From NCBI GenBank assembly GCA_027492975.1, contig JAPUDS010000022.1:1-54714 (forward strand): a stretch of 54,714 nucleotides of DNA. Direction: 5' to 3'. Positions 17,043-27,148 of this stretch are shown piece by piece. How positions within the stretch are numbered: the first letter of the stretch is position 1; each line of letters opens with the position of its first letter. Origin of the DNA: Candidatus Saccharimonadota bacterium. Lineage in GTDB: Bacteria; Patescibacteriota; Saccharimonadia; Saccharimonadales; Saccharimonadaceae. The notes under the pieces are model-generated. The model was not told the origin of the DNA. It did not search any database and was given only the letters and a program-made list of their open reading frames with translations. The position numbers were made by a program, and so were the translations under genes.

Positions 17043-17160
17043 CGCTAAATATCTCTTCTATAAAACTACCCACACCTTACCTCGCAAACAGGGGTAGGGT
17101 GTGGTATACTTATGGGTAAATATAACTACCATGTTGCCAACATGGAGAAGGGAGTTCTGT

Positions 17161-18447
17161 ATGCCGGAAGTAAAAATGGAAGATGTTGTAGGTCTCGCGA
17201 AGCGTCGCGGGTTTATTTATCAGGGGAGCGAGGTGTACGGGGGTCTGAGCGGTACCTGGGACTATGGTCCGCTGGGTGTTGCGCTAAAACGTAAGATTAT
17301 GAACTTGTGGTGGCAGCATTTTGTCGATGGACGTGATGATATGTACGGTGTTGATGCTGCGATACTGATGAACCAAAAAGTCTGGCAGGCGAGCGGCCAT
17401 GTCGATACGTTTACTGACCCGCTCGTGGAATGTGCGGAGTGCAAAGGTCGTTTTCGTGCCGATAAACTGGATGACCCCAACAAATGTCCAAATTGTGGTA
17501 AAGAGGGAACTTTTGGCGAGGCGCGCCAGTTCAATATGATGTTTAGGACAAATGTCGGACCGGTTGAGGACGAAAATAGTATCAGTTATCTTCGTCCCGA
17601 AACGGCTCAAGGTATTTTCACGAACTTCAAAAATGTGGTTGATAGTTTTTATCCTGACCTGCCGTTCGGGATTGCTCAGCAAGGAAAGGCGTTTCGTAAC
17701 GAAATCTCTCCGCGAGACTTTGTATTTCGCTCGAGGGAGTTTGAACAGATGGAGATCGAGTATTTCGTACATCCCGACAGGTGGCAAGAGTCGTTTGATA
17801 TGCTGCTCGCCGAGACACACGCATTTCTTGGCGAACTAGGGTTGCCGGCAGAGAAAATTCATGAACTTGAGGTGCCGGAAGAAGACCGGGCACACTATAG
17901 CAAACGGACAATAGATATCGAGTTCGACTATCCGATCGGTCGGGAAGAGCTGATGGGCATCGCGTACCGGACGGACTTTGATCTTGGAAATATCCAGCGG
18001 GTGAGCGGTAAAAATATGGAGTACACCGTCAAAGGCACGAATGAAAAATTTGTGCCGCACGTCATAGAGCCGTCGTTTGGTGTTGAGCGGGCACTTATGG
18101 CAGTACTAACCAGCAGCTACCGCGAGGATGAACAGAACGGTGAGAAGCGTGTCTACTTAGCGTTGCCTGAGCACTTGGCACCGTATAGATTTGCTGTTTC
18201 GCCACTCCTCAAAAACAAACCAGAACTTGTTCAGAAAGCTCAGGAAGTGTACGTGAGCTTGAAGGAAAAGTACGGTAATGTTACATGGGACGACAACGGC
18301 AATATCGGTAAACGCTATCGTCGTCAGGACGAAATAGGGACGCCGTCATGTATTGTAGTAGACTTTACAACACTAGAAGATGGCACGGTGACGGTGAGAG
18401 ATAGAGATACGACAGAGCAGCTGCGAGTTCAAATCGAAACCATATGA
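17161..18447 (+). CDS. glyQS: Glycine--tRNA ligase (homodimeric class II, GlyQS type)
   Basis: RRGFIYQGSEVYGGLSGTWDYGPLG, FRNEISPR.F.FR.REFEQMEIEYF, and a Cys cluster CAECKGRFRAD...CPNCG. The ATG at 17161 has GGGAG upstream. Confidence 0.92.
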   Translation: MPEVKMEDVVGLAKRRGFIYQGSEVYGGLSGTWDYGPLGVALKRKIMNLWWQHFVDGRDDMYGVDAAILMNQKVWQASGHVDTFTDPLVECAECKGRFRADKLDDPNKCPNCGKEGTFGEARQFNMMFRTNVGPVEDENSISYLRPETAQGIFTNFKNVVDSFYPDLPFGIAQQGKAFRNEISPRDFVFRSREFEQMEIEYFVHPDRWQESFDMLLAETHAFLGELGLPAEKIHELEVPEEDRAHYSKRTIDIEFDYPIGREELMGIAYRTDFDLGNIQRVSGKNMEYTVKGTNEKFVPHVIEPSFGVERALMAVLTSSYREDEQNGEKRVYLALPEHLAPYRFAVSPLLKNKPELVQKAQEVYVSLKEKYGNVTWDDNGNIGKRYRRQDEIGTPSCIVVDFTTLEDGTVTVRDRDTTEQLRVQIETI

Positions 18448-19169
18448 CTATAGGTATTATCGGGTTCGGTAGTTTTGGTAAGTTTCTGGCTGAAAAGCTA
18501 AGTTCACATGGGGTCGTGAAGGTGTATGACCGGCGTGAGCGGCCGACAACGTGGCGGGCGAGCTTTGAAGAAGTGGCAACCTGTGAGTATGTTGTTCTTT
18601 CGGTACCGCTTGAGGCATATGATGAAACATTAGAGCGTCTGGCCGCGGTGATACCGGAAAGTAGCGTACTCGTTGACGTTTGTTCGGTCAAAGAGCGTCC
18701 AGTTGAGCTGATCCGTCGGTATTTGCCGGGACAGCCGCTAGTCGCAACACATCCACTGTTTGGTCCGGAGTCTGCGAGTGTTTCGCTCGGTGGACAGACA
18801 TTTGTTATGTGTCCGGAAGTGTCTGATCCTCGGCCGTATGCGAAGATACAACAGTTTGCCGAAACGCTAGAACTGCGTGTTGTCGAGATGAGCGTTGCAG
18901 AACATGACAACGAGATGGCAGTCGCGCAAGGGCTGACATTTTTTATCGCGCGGACGCTTGATGGTATGAAACTACATGAGCAACAGCTCTCGACACCGTC
19001 GTTTGAGCGGCTCCTGTATCTTGCCGAGCTTGAAAAGCATCATTCAGCCGAACTGTTTCGAACCATCCAGCAAGGTAACGCACATACGAAAGCGGTACGA
19101 GAGGCGTTTTTAGGGGCGGCGCGGGCGCTCGATGATGAGCTTTTGGGGCTGAACGGGTTAATGAAATGA
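18444..19169 (+). CDS. tyrA: Prephenate/arogenate dehydrogenase
   Basis: Rossmann motif IGIIGFGSFGKFLA, DVCSVK and HPLFGPES. Confidence 0.7.
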   Translation: MTIGIIGFGSFGKFLAEKLSSHGVVKVYDRRERPTTWRASFEEVATCEYVVLSVPLEAYDETLERLAAVIPESSVLVDVCSVKERPVELIRRYLPGQPLVATHPLFGPESASVSLGGQTFVMCPEVSDPRPYAKIQQFAETLELRVVEMSVAEHDNEMAVAQGLTFFIARTLDGMKLHEQQLSTPSFERLLYLAELEKHHSAELFRTIQQGNAHTKAVREAFLGAARALDDELLGLNGLMK

Positions 19170-19594
19170 CGGAATTTATTGCAAGAACGGTATATCTGGC
19201 AGGGCGTCTCGACACGGGCGAGGGAGATATCGCGGCCTGGTCAGAAGAGCTAGAGGCGCAGGGACATAGAGTCTTAGAGCAGTGGTGGAAACAAGGAAGG
19301 CTACCAAAGCCCTATCTTGATCATGGCGATACTTCGAGACATGCGGCTAATGCAATGATTCATGCCGCTACCAGCAGCGATGTTATGATGCTATTTCCAA
19401 CTGACGATATCTTGGGAGCAGCTGTTGAGTTGGGGGCAGCGCTGGGAAGTGTCGAGACGAACCCTCAGAAAGAAATAATTATCGTTAATCCATGGGAAGT
19501 TCGTCAGTCTGTCTTCTATGCTCATCCGGCAGTTACTGCGGTGCGTGGTTTGGCAGAAGTGCGGGCGATGAGCTGGTATAAAGGACTACAGTAA
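19166..19594 (+). CDS. Hypothetical protein, possibly nucleoside 2-deoxyribosyltransferase-like fold
   Basis: VYLAGRL... N-terminus and AAVELGAALG motif. A weak call. Confidence 0.35.
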   Translation: MTEFIARTVYLAGRLDTGEGDIAAWSEELEAQGHRVLEQWWKQGRLPKPYLDHGDTSRHAANAMIHAATSSDVMMLFPTDDILGAAVELGAALGSVETNPQKEIIIVNPWEVRQSVFYAHPAVTAVRGLAEVRAMSWYKGLQ

Positions 19595-19611
19595 AAAGAG
19601 AGGATGAAACT

Positions 19612-19992
19612 ATGGCATACGAAGGCACAAAACTACACAACTTTGAACCGCGCGGGGAAGTGAAAGAGCTCGAGATTATTGACGTCGAAGTGGGTACTGG
19701 CGAAGAGGTGAAGCCGGGTGCGACGATCACAGCGCACTACACCGGTGCCCTCTGCAAAAATGGCATAATCTTCCAAAGCAGTTTTGATTTTGGCGATCCA
19801 ATAACATTTGGGCTTGACCAGGTTATCGCCGGTTGGACGCGTGGTGTACCGGGTATGAAAGTTGGCGGAACACGCCGACTGGTCATCCCGGCTGAGCAAG
19901 CGTATGGTGCGGCGAGCCCATCACCAAATATTTCGGCAAACAGCGACTTGGTGTTCGATATTGACCTGGTGGCGATACCGCGAAATGGGTGA
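19612..19992 (+). CDS. FKBP-type peptidyl-prolyl cis-trans isomerase
   Basis: VHYTG-like AHYTGAL..G..F.SS, VIAGWTRGVPGMKVGGTRRLVIP...AYG and LVFDIDLV. Confidence 0.88.
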   Translation: MAYEGTKLHNFEPRGEVKELEIIDVEVGTGEEVKPGATITAHYTGALCKNGIIFQSSFDFGDPITFGLDQVIAGWTRGVPGMKVGGTRRLVIPAEQAYGAASPSPNISANSDLVFDIDLVAIPRNG

Positions 19993-20542
19993 GTACATAC
20001 AGCACCTTGGACTTGTCGCCATTATCCTACTGAGTATCTCGGGGTTTTATACCATGCGGCGATGGCCGATGGCCGCGAGACGGTCATTTAGTGAAAATGT
20101 CGCGCGCGATCGTTCGTCATTGTTGTTTTTCGGTATTTATCTGACGATCACAACAGTAGTATTTTACGCGTTTTTACTTTTCTGGCTAGGGCCAAATCTT
20201 GGGGTCGGACTGAGCTTTTATGTACTCGCTTGGACAGCCTTTTTCTTGCAGCTACTCCTTTCGTGGGTGCCAGCGACAACTGGCCGTTCTATGGCTATCC
20301 ATAACGTAGGTGCCTACGGTATCGCCTTCATAATACCCTTGTCTGTCATGGCTATTCTTTTGACGGCTACAGTTGAAGTAACTTTTGTACAACGTGTTAT
20401 CGTTACCGTGTTTATGGTGATCACGGCAATCATCTTCTCACTACTTTTCTTTGTGCCGAAAGCTCGAAATTTTTTTCTATACGGTCAGTTGGCGTATTTC
20501 GCCAGCTTTTGGGTAGTTGTACTTGCTTTTACATACCTCTGA
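19985..20542 (+). CDS. Hypothetical polytopic membrane protein
   Basis: The ATG at 19985 overlaps the FKBP stop. 5-6 hydrophobic helices. Confidence 0.55.
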   Translation: MGEYIQHLGLVAIILLSISGFYTMRRWPMAARRSFSENVARDRSSLLFFGIYLTITTVVFYAFLLFWLGPNLGVGLSFYVLAWTAFFLQLLLSWVPATTGRSMAIHNVGAYGIAFIIPLSVMAILLTATVEVTFVQRVIVTVFMVITAIIFSLLFFVPKARNFFLYGQLAYFASFWVVVLAFTYL

Positions 20543-20577
20543 CGAAAGTGGTATAATCTCGAGATAACTAAAAACGG

Positions 20578-21444
20578 GTGGCTAGAAAGGTTGGGTCGCA
20601 AGTGGCTGTTGAAGTTGATGATCCGGGCGATGGGAAGCGCGACGACAAAAAGCAGTCTACTTCTACTGGTGCCGACGAGCCGCAGGTAACCCGGCTTGGC
20701 GATAGTGCTGATGTAGCGCGGTACTACGATAAAATGGGGCGGATTCGGCCGCTGAGCAAAGAAGAGGAGAATGCACTTTCCGAGATAAAGTTGCCGCCCA
20801 GGAAGAGCCAGGAACTTTTTCCGGCATATGCGGAGTATCTTCATAACGAAGAGCAGTTTATGCTGCATGTTCAAAGTATGGTAGACATACAGAAATCCGA
20901 TGATGAACGTCAGGAGGATGACGATACACTAGATGAACTAACTGATTTGATAAAAGAAAACTTTGTAGCGACTCTTCAGGGTATGTATAAATATTATGGA
21001 GAAGAAAACAAAGAAGATTTTCTGGCCTTTGCAAGTATATTTATAACCGAGCGGACGAACGCCCGCGTGTCGGATCTTCAACTGGCGTTCAGTGAGAATG
21101 GACTGTTTGCCTGCGCTAGACTAAAGAAGACCATCAAACGGGTTGCGGGGATCGCGGTTGCGAGTAACTCCGACAAAGAACTACCGGATGAAATTGGACT
21201 ATACTTTATGAAGTTACTCGATGAAGATGTTGAAACTCTACGGGAACTGATGAAAGGGATTTACCGCGATCAGGATATACACGAGATGAAAGGGTATATG
21301 CTGCGAATGTGTGAAATGCTTGAGGAGATGAATGGAGAAGGTAGACCGCGTAGATGGGGAGCCCGTGTACTCGGTGTCCTCAACGCGACACGTGGAGTTG
21401 TCGCCGGGTTTGTAGCTGGTCGGCATACACCTAGCGATGAGTAG
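20578..21444 (+). CDS. Hypothetical acidic protein. The N-terminal segment resembles sigma-70 region 1.2.
   Basis: 288-aa ORF (GTG start uncertain). DVARYYDKMGRIRPLSKEEENAL resembles the D.VR.YL.EIGR..LL..EEE motif. The rest is unassigned. Confidence 0.45.
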   Translation: MARKVGSQVAVEVDDPGDGKRDDKKQSTSTGADEPQVTRLGDSADVARYYDKMGRIRPLSKEEENALSEIKLPPRKSQELFPAYAEYLHNEEQFMLHVQSMVDIQKSDDERQEDDDTLDELTDLIKENFVATLQGMYKYYGEENKEDFLAFASIFITERTNARVSDLQLAFSENGLFACARLKKTIKRVAGIAVASNSDKELPDEIGLYFMKLLDEDVETLRELMKGIYRDQDIHEMKGYMLRMCEMLEEMNGEGRPRRWGARVLGVLNATRGVVAGFVAGRHTPSDE

Positions 21445-21525
21445 CAAACGAGCTGGATTTTTAGCTGTTGAACGCTTAAAATATGCGTATGTATAGTATC
21501 GGATACGTGGAGGGGTTTGGTCGTC

Positions 21526-23049
21526 ATGGATCAACAACTTGCGCTTGAGATTTTGCTCGATGGTCACAATGTTTTACTGACTGGAGCGGCGGGGTCGGGC
21601 AAGACGTATGTTTTGAACGAGTTTATTCGCCGGGCGAAAAAATCAGGAAAGCATGTGGCAGTGACAGCGACGACGGGTCTTGCAGCAACGCATATCAGCG
21701 GGACAACGATTCACGCGTGGAGCGGGATAGGTGTGCATGATGAATTACCAGAAGACTTTGAGGACTATCTGCTCAAAAGCCGGCGGGATATCATCGAGAC
21801 AACTGATGTGCTAGTGATCGATGAGATCTCCATGTTGCACGACTATCGTCTCGATATGGTCGATCTCGTTGCGCGCAAAGTTCGAGATGACGAGCGGCCA
21901 TTTGGCGGTATACAGGTTGTGCTGTGCGGTGATTTTTTCCAACTGCCGCCGGTGAATCGTCAAGACGCCAGGGAGGGTAGCTTTGTAGTAAATGCGGTGG
22001 TCTGGGAACAACTCAACCCAGTGGTGTGTTACCTCGCGGAGCAGTATCGTCAGGATGATGAAGTGCTGCTTGGTATCTTAAATGCGCTCAGGTGTGGCGA
22101 TATACGACGGCGACACGCTGAGACGCTGCTTGGTCGTGTCGATACGTATATTGGCGATGTCACAGAGCTGCATACGGTCAATGTCGATGTCGACAGGATA
22201 AATCAACAAAAACTTGATGCGCTCGATGGTGAAGAGCAGGTATATATGGCCGCCACAACCGGTAAGGAAAACTATGTCGCGTCGCTGAAACGTTCCTGTA
22301 TAGCACCTGAGCGGCTTGTGTTAAAGCAGGGCGCGCTCGTTATGGCGATCAAAAATAGCCCTGAACGAAAGTATGTCAATGGTTCGATAGGTGTTGTGAA
22401 AGCGTTTGAAGAGGTGACGAATTATCCGGTTGTTGAATTTTTGAGTGGTCGTACTGTGACCATGAAACCTGACACGTGGGAGCTGCGTGATGGTGATAAA
22501 AAACGGGCTGGTCTGAGCCAGGTGCCGCTGCGTCTTGCGTGGGCGATCACTGTGCACAAGTCTCAGGGCATGACACTTGATGCGGCACGGATTGATCTTC
22601 GAAAAGCTTTTGTTGAAGGTATGGGCTATGTCGCGCTCAGCCGAGTGCGCAGTCTGGACGGTTTGAGTCTGGTCGGTATCAACCAGATGGCACTCAGGGT
22701 GAGCGACGAAGCGCTACGGATTGACACAACGCTGCGCAAAAAGGCAGCAGATGATCATGCACGGTTTGAACATTTGCGAGCAAGGGCGCTGAAACGTCAA
22801 AAAGAGGAGACGAAAAAGGTCGCTCTGAAGGAGAAGAAAGCGTCATCGTGGGCGGAGCGGCTCGAGAAGATGCGCGCGAAACATCCAAATGCGTATCGTC
22901 CGTGGACACATGAACAGGATGAACAGTTAAAGCAGGGATTTCAGACTGGCGAATCAGTCAAGAACCTCAGTAAACAACTTGGACGGCACGAACGGTCGAT
23001 CCTTTTGCGCCTGCAAAAACATTTCGGCGAAGATGCTGTCGTGCTGTAG
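21526..23049 (+). CDS. Pif1/RecD-family ATP-dependent DNA helicase with C-terminal Myb/SANT-like tail
   Basis: Walker A LLTGAAGSGKTY, TATTGLAA..I.GTTIH, Walker B VLVIDEISM, GDFFQLPPV and ITVHKSQG. An alternative TTG start lies at 21517. Confidence 0.78.
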   Translation: MDQQLALEILLDGHNVLLTGAAGSGKTYVLNEFIRRAKKSGKHVAVTATTGLAATHISGTTIHAWSGIGVHDELPEDFEDYLLKSRRDIIETTDVLVIDEISMLHDYRLDMVDLVARKVRDDERPFGGIQVVLCGDFFQLPPVNRQDAREGSFVVNAVVWEQLNPVVCYLAEQYRQDDEVLLGILNALRCGDIRRRHAETLLGRVDTYIGDVTELHTVNVDVDRINQQKLDALDGEEQVYMAATTGKENYVASLKRSCIAPERLVLKQGALVMAIKNSPERKYVNGSIGVVKAFEEVTNYPVVEFLSGRTVTMKPDTWELRDGDKKRAGLSQVPLRLAWAITVHKSQGMTLDAARIDLRKAFVEGMGYVALSRVRSLDGLSLVGINQMALRVSDEALRIDTTLRKKAADDHARFEHLRARALKRQKEETKKVALKEKKASSWAERLEKMRAKHPNAYRPWTHEQDEQLKQGFQTGESVKNLSKQLGRHERSILLRLQKHFGEDAVVL

Positions 23050-23077
23050 TTCTCTCGTTTCATAGTACAATAAACAT

Positions 23078-23743
23078 ATGCATATTATTTTCGGAGGCAC
23101 GAGTGGGCTGGGGCTTGAGATGGCGCGGCTGTTTCGTGCCGATGGAGGCCGTGCAGTGGTTGTTGGGCGGTTTTACGATGCGGCGCAGCATGGTGAAGGA
23201 TTTGAACTTGATGTGTATGATCGAGCCGCGGTGGATTGGGCTGTTGGGGAGTGTGGTCGGCAGCTGGAAGGCGAAGTGTTGGAATCGTTCGTCTGGTCGG
23301 CTGGGTATATATGGCGCGGTAACTTTGCCGAACAACCGGATATTCGAAGTATGGCGGAAGTAAATTTTGCCGGAGCACTGCCGCTTGTTCAGTGGGCGTG
23401 GCAGCGTATGACAGAGCAAGAAGCGGTCGGAAAACTGGTTGTTATCAGCTCGACGAGCGGTGTAAAACCACGGGCCGACGAAGCGGTCTATGCGGCGACA
23501 AAGCATGCTCAGGTGGGTTTTGCGCGCAGTCTCGGCATGGAAGCTGAAGGTCGGAACAGTAACGCTCAGGTGCTACTCTGTTTGCCTGGAGCGACGAAGA
23601 CGCCGTTTTGGGACGGTCACCAGCCGGACGACTATGCGTCGTTCAATGACCCGCAGAAAGTTGCAGCAAAAATTGTTGCAACTATGTCGAGCCAAATAAC
23701 GCCATATGCCGAAATTGCCATGCCGCATGGCACACTCGTGTAA
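23078..23743 (+). CDS. Short-chain dehydrogenase/reductase (SDR) family oxidoreductase
   Basis: GGTSGLG cofactor motif and catalytic YAATKHA (YxxxK). Confidence 0.75.
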   Translation: MHIIFGGTSGLGLEMARLFRADGGRAVVVGRFYDAAQHGEGFELDVYDRAAVDWAVGECGRQLEGEVLESFVWSAGYIWRGNFAEQPDIRSMAEVNFAGALPLVQWAWQRMTEQEAVGKLVVISSTSGVKPRADEAVYAATKHAQVGFARSLGMEAEGRNSNAQVLLCLPGATKTPFWDGHQPDDYASFNDPQKVAAKIVATMSSQITPYAEIAMPHGTLV

Positions 23744-23753
23744 AATAGAGTAT

Positions 23754-24461
23754 ATGAAATTATTGTTAACATCTGGCGGGATCACAAATGACACGCTCGC
23801 GGATGAGCTTTCAGGCCTCGCGGGTAAGCCATTTAGCGAGTTGAAGATCGGTTTTATCCCAAGTGCCGCGTTTGGCGACACGAGCGATAACAAGTGGTGG
23901 CTTATCGATGATATGTATCGGCTGAAAAACAGGGGTGCGAGAGTCGCTATCATCTCGCTTGCCGACTTAACTCCGGAAGAAATTGCCATACAGCTCGAAA
24001 CTGTCGATGTGATATTTGTTGGCGGCGGCCAGACGTTTTATCTGAGCTGGCTGATGCAACAGAAGGGACTGACTGAGCTCATTCCGCGACTGCTTGAGTC
24101 AAAAGTGTATGCAGGTATAAGTGCCGGCAGTATGATAGTAACGCCGAAGCTTCTTACGGTTTCCTTTGCTATGCGACAACCAGGTATCTCTGATGAAGAA
24201 CTTGAAGAGCTCGGTCCAGAAGGCCGGTCGTCTGCTCAGACGCTTGACTTGGTTGATTTTATGCTTCGACCGCATATGAACGGCGAGGCAAAGTTTGCGG
24301 ATATTACACAGGAGATGATCCAGCAAGTAGTTGACAGAGCGGGTATTTCGGCATATATTCTCGATGATAACTCTGCGGTTCGGGTGGTTGATAGTGATGT
24401 AACGGTTGTTGGCGAGGGCGAATGGATGCTGCTACACCCAAGTACTGCAAGCGTGAAATAA
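23754..24461 (+). CDS. Peptidase S51 (dipeptidase E-like) family protein
   Basis: MKLLLTSGG, IGFIPSA, IFVGGGQTFYL and GISAGSMIV (nucleophile Ser). Confidence 0.72.
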   Translation: MKLLLTSGGITNDTLADELSGLAGKPFSELKIGFIPSAAFGDTSDNKWWLIDDMYRLKNRGARVAIISLADLTPEEIAIQLETVDVIFVGGGQTFYLSWLMQQKGLTELIPRLLESKVYAGISAGSMIVTPKLLTVSFAMRQPGISDEELEELGPEGRSSAQTLDLVDFMLRPHMNGEAKFADITQEMIQQVVDRAGISAYILDDNSAVRVVDSDVTVVGEGEWMLLHPSTASVK

Positions 24462-24472
24462 GGAGGAAAACT

Positions 24473-24829
24473 ATGGCAAGCGAGAAGAAGATCTACAGAT
24501 ACACAGCAGGCGGAAGCGGGTCGTCGACGCAAGTTGATGAAGTGGAGGTCGTACGCGAAAAAGAGAACATGGTACTTCGAGGCGCTAATTATCTGCTTGG
24601 GCGACTGCCAGTCACGAAGAATGAATTTGAACACTGGTCAAAAGTGAAACGAGTGGTTATCGGCTATTTGCTTTGGCTGGTCGTACTGCCTATTTGGCCG
24701 CTTGTCGTACTCGTCGTTTTACTCATAGGCGGCAGGGTGGCGCGCAAGGGGCTTGCAGCTGTCCTTCTCGGCTTTGTGGCGCTGCTGTGGTTCTGGCTGC
24801 TTATCAGCCTGCTTAGCCGCGTCGTATAA
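24473..24829 (+). CDS. Small membrane protein (hypothetical)
   Basis: AAGGAGGA RBS and ATG at 24473. Two C-terminal TM helices. Confidence 0.55.
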   Translation: MASEKKIYRYTAGGSGSSTQVDEVEVVREKENMVLRGANYLLGRLPVTKNEFEHWSKVKRVVIGYLLWLVVLPIWPLVVLVVLLIGGRVARKGLAAVLLGFVALLWFWLLISLLSRVV

Positions 24830-24877
24830 CGGGACGCGTGGTAGCGCTTAGCCGGCGAAAACAGTATACTGTCTGGT

Positions 24878-26140
24878 ATGGCGAAAGATACTCTGAAGCT
24901 GAAGTTTCCAAAACGATTTTTGTGGGGCGCTGCAACCAGCTCGCACCAGGTAGAAGGCGGCAATCACAACAACTGGACGGTTTGGGAGCTTGAAAATGCC
25001 AAAGCGTTTGCAAGTGCGGCAAAGTATAAGATAGGGCATCTGGACGCGTGGCCGGATATAGAAAAACTCGCGATATCACCTGAAAATTACATCTCGGGCC
25101 GGGCTATCGACCATTACAACCGCTACGAAAGCGACTTTGACATCATGAAAAAAATGCACTTCAACGCGTTTCGTTTCAGTATAGAATGGTCGCGTATCGA
25201 ACCAGAAGAAGGTGTCTGGGATGCTGCGGAAGTAGAACACTACCGGCAGTATATTGCGGCGCTGAAAAAACGAGGACTAGAGCCGCTCATAACGCTGTAT
25301 CACTGGACAACTCCGGTGTGGTTTGCAAAGAAAGGCGGATTCGCACGGGCTGGAAATATTAAATATTTTGTTCGTTTTGCTGACAAAGTACTCGAGGAAC
25401 TTGGCGCGGATATACGACTTATCACGACTATCAACGAACCGGATACGGTCGCGAGCCATGGGTATATGTTTCAAGATCATCCGCCTGGGGCGCATTCGCT
25501 TTTCAAAATGATTTGGGTATATCGTAACCACCTCAAAGCGCATAAGGAAATTTACATGCTCGCAAAGCGCCGTTCACGCCGTTTTCATGTCGGATTTGTA
25601 AAAAATTATGTTTGCGTTCAACCAGCAAACGAACGGTTTCTTAGTCGTTTTGCGGTCTGGCTCGACTATCTGTTGCGCGATGGTGTAGTGCTCGGTTACG
25701 TTGGACGCAAAACAGCATTTATAGGGGTGAACTATTATTTTACCGACACATACGACGGGTTTAAAGTTGTCCATGACGACACAGCAAATAGCGATCTCGG
25801 CTGGGAGATGCGCCCGGCAAACTTGCTACATGTTCTTCGTCGACTCGGCAAACGCCGGAAGCCACTTCTTGTTATGGAGACTGGCGTGGCAGATGCGCAT
25901 GATGCATACCGTAAAACTTGGCTCAATGAAACGATCCGCGCCGTGCAGTTAGCGCTCGACGAGGGCGTTAATGTTCAGGGGTATCTACACTGGAGTATGT
26001 TCGATAACTTCGAGTGGGCGTATGGACGCTGGCCGCGTTTTGGGCTCGTTGAGGTGGATTATGACAATAATTTGCAGCGTAAACCCAGAAAGAGCGCTGT
26101 ATACTACGCGGCGATTGTAAAAAAGGCGAGAGGACTGTAG
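24878..26140 (+). CDS. Glycoside hydrolase family 1 (beta-glucosidase-like)
   Basis: FLWGAATSSHQVEGG, FRFSIEWSRI, acid/base TINEP, nucleophile METG, and WS..DNFEW. Confidence 0.87.
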   Translation: MAKDTLKLKFPKRFLWGAATSSHQVEGGNHNNWTVWELENAKAFASAAKYKIGHLDAWPDIEKLAISPENYISGRAIDHYNRYESDFDIMKKMHFNAFRFSIEWSRIEPEEGVWDAAEVEHYRQYIAALKKRGLEPLITLYHWTTPVWFAKKGGFARAGNIKYFVRFADKVLEELGADIRLITTINEPDTVASHGYMFQDHPPGAHSLFKMIWVYRNHLKAHKEIYMLAKRRSRRFHVGFVKNYVCVQPANERFLSRFAVWLDYLLRDGVVLGYVGRKTAFIGVNYYFTDTYDGFKVVHDDTANSDLGWEMRPANLLHVLRRLGKRRKPLLVMETGVADAHDAYRKTWLNETIRAVQLALDEGVNVQGYLHWSMFDNFEWAYGRWPRFGLVEVDYDNNLQRKPRKSAVYYAAIVKKARGL

Positions 26141-27148
26141 ATGAACCAGGCGGTCACGGATAAAAAAGTAGTAGTTATAGGCGGTGGAACGGGTAGTTTT
26201 GTTATGCTGTCGGCACTAAAAAAGTTTACAAAGTGTCTAAGCGCTATAGTAAACATGGCTGACGACGGCGGTTCGACTGGGGTGCTACGCGACGAGCTCG
26301 GCGCTCTGCCGCCCGGCGACGTGCGTCAGTGTCTCGTGGCACTGAGCGACTCACCGAAACTTCGTGAACTTTTCAGCTACCGGTTTGAAGAGGGGACGTT
26401 CGGCGGGCATTCGTTCGGGAACCTTTTCCTAACCGCGCTTGAAAAAACGACCGGAAGTTTTGCTGAAGCGGTCGAGATGGCTAGTAAGATTTTGCGGATT
26501 CGCGGCACAGTCATACCGGCAACACTCGACGATGTGCGTCTGAAGATGGAATGGCCGGATATGAGCGTGATCCTGCACGGCGAGAGGGTTATAGACGCAG
26601 AACATTTTAAAAACGATCCGAGAAAGGCTGAGCTGTCGCTCGTACCAGCACCAGTGGTAAATTCAGCAGCGATCGACGCCATAAAAGAGGCAGATCTCGT
26701 CGTGATCTCGGCCGGTGACCTCTATACGTCGCTCGGGCCGCTACTCGTCATAGATGGTGTTGGCCGGGCACTATATGAAACAAAAGCAACGGTCGTTTAT
26801 GTATGCAACTTGGTGACAAAACATGGTCAGACGGACAATTTTACAGTGTCGGATCATGCTGCCGAGATAGAACGATTTGGCGGTCATGGTTTTCTGGACG
26901 CAGTGCTCTATAACCAGCAGATGCCGGACGCAGCGCTTCTTGAACGGTACAAAGAGGAAGATTCGGCGATGGTCGCTATCGACGAAGAAAACCTACGCAG
27001 CGCACCGTACGAAGCTGTCGGAGCTGATCTTTTGGGGCAGGTGACCGGAGGGCCAGATAAGGCTGAAACCATAAAAGTACCGCGTACGTTCATCCGGCAT
27101 AATGCCGATGAGGTTGCAGCGCAGCTCATGAGGATTCTTGAGGTATGA
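26141..27148 (+). CDS. YvcK/CofD-family gluconeogenesis factor-like protein
   Basis: VVIGGGTG...AIVNMADDGGSTG.LR......PPGD.RQC. Confidence 0.85.
   Translation: MNQAVTDKKVVVIGGGTGSFVMLSALKKFTKCLSAIVNMADDGGSTGVLRDELGALPPGDVRQCLVALSDSPKLRELFSYRFEEGTFGGHSFGNLFLTALEKTTGSFAEAVEMASKILRIRGTVIPATLDDVRLKMEWPDMSVILHGERVIDAEHFKNDPRKAELSLVPAPVVNSAAIDAIKEADLVVISAGDLYTSLGPLLVIDGVGRALYETKATVVYVCNLVTKHGQTDNFTVSDHAAEIERFGGHGFLDAVLYNQQMPDAALLERYKEEDSAMVAIDEENLRSAPYEAVGADLLGQVTGGPDKAETIKVPRTFIRHNADEVAAQLMRILEV

Noticed and set aside
17101-17160. Upstream extension of glyQS (start at 17101) and the 60-aa ORF at 17112-17294
   Set aside because: The ATG at 17161 is preceded by GGGAG and gives the canonical GlyRS N-terminus. 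The extension has no support.
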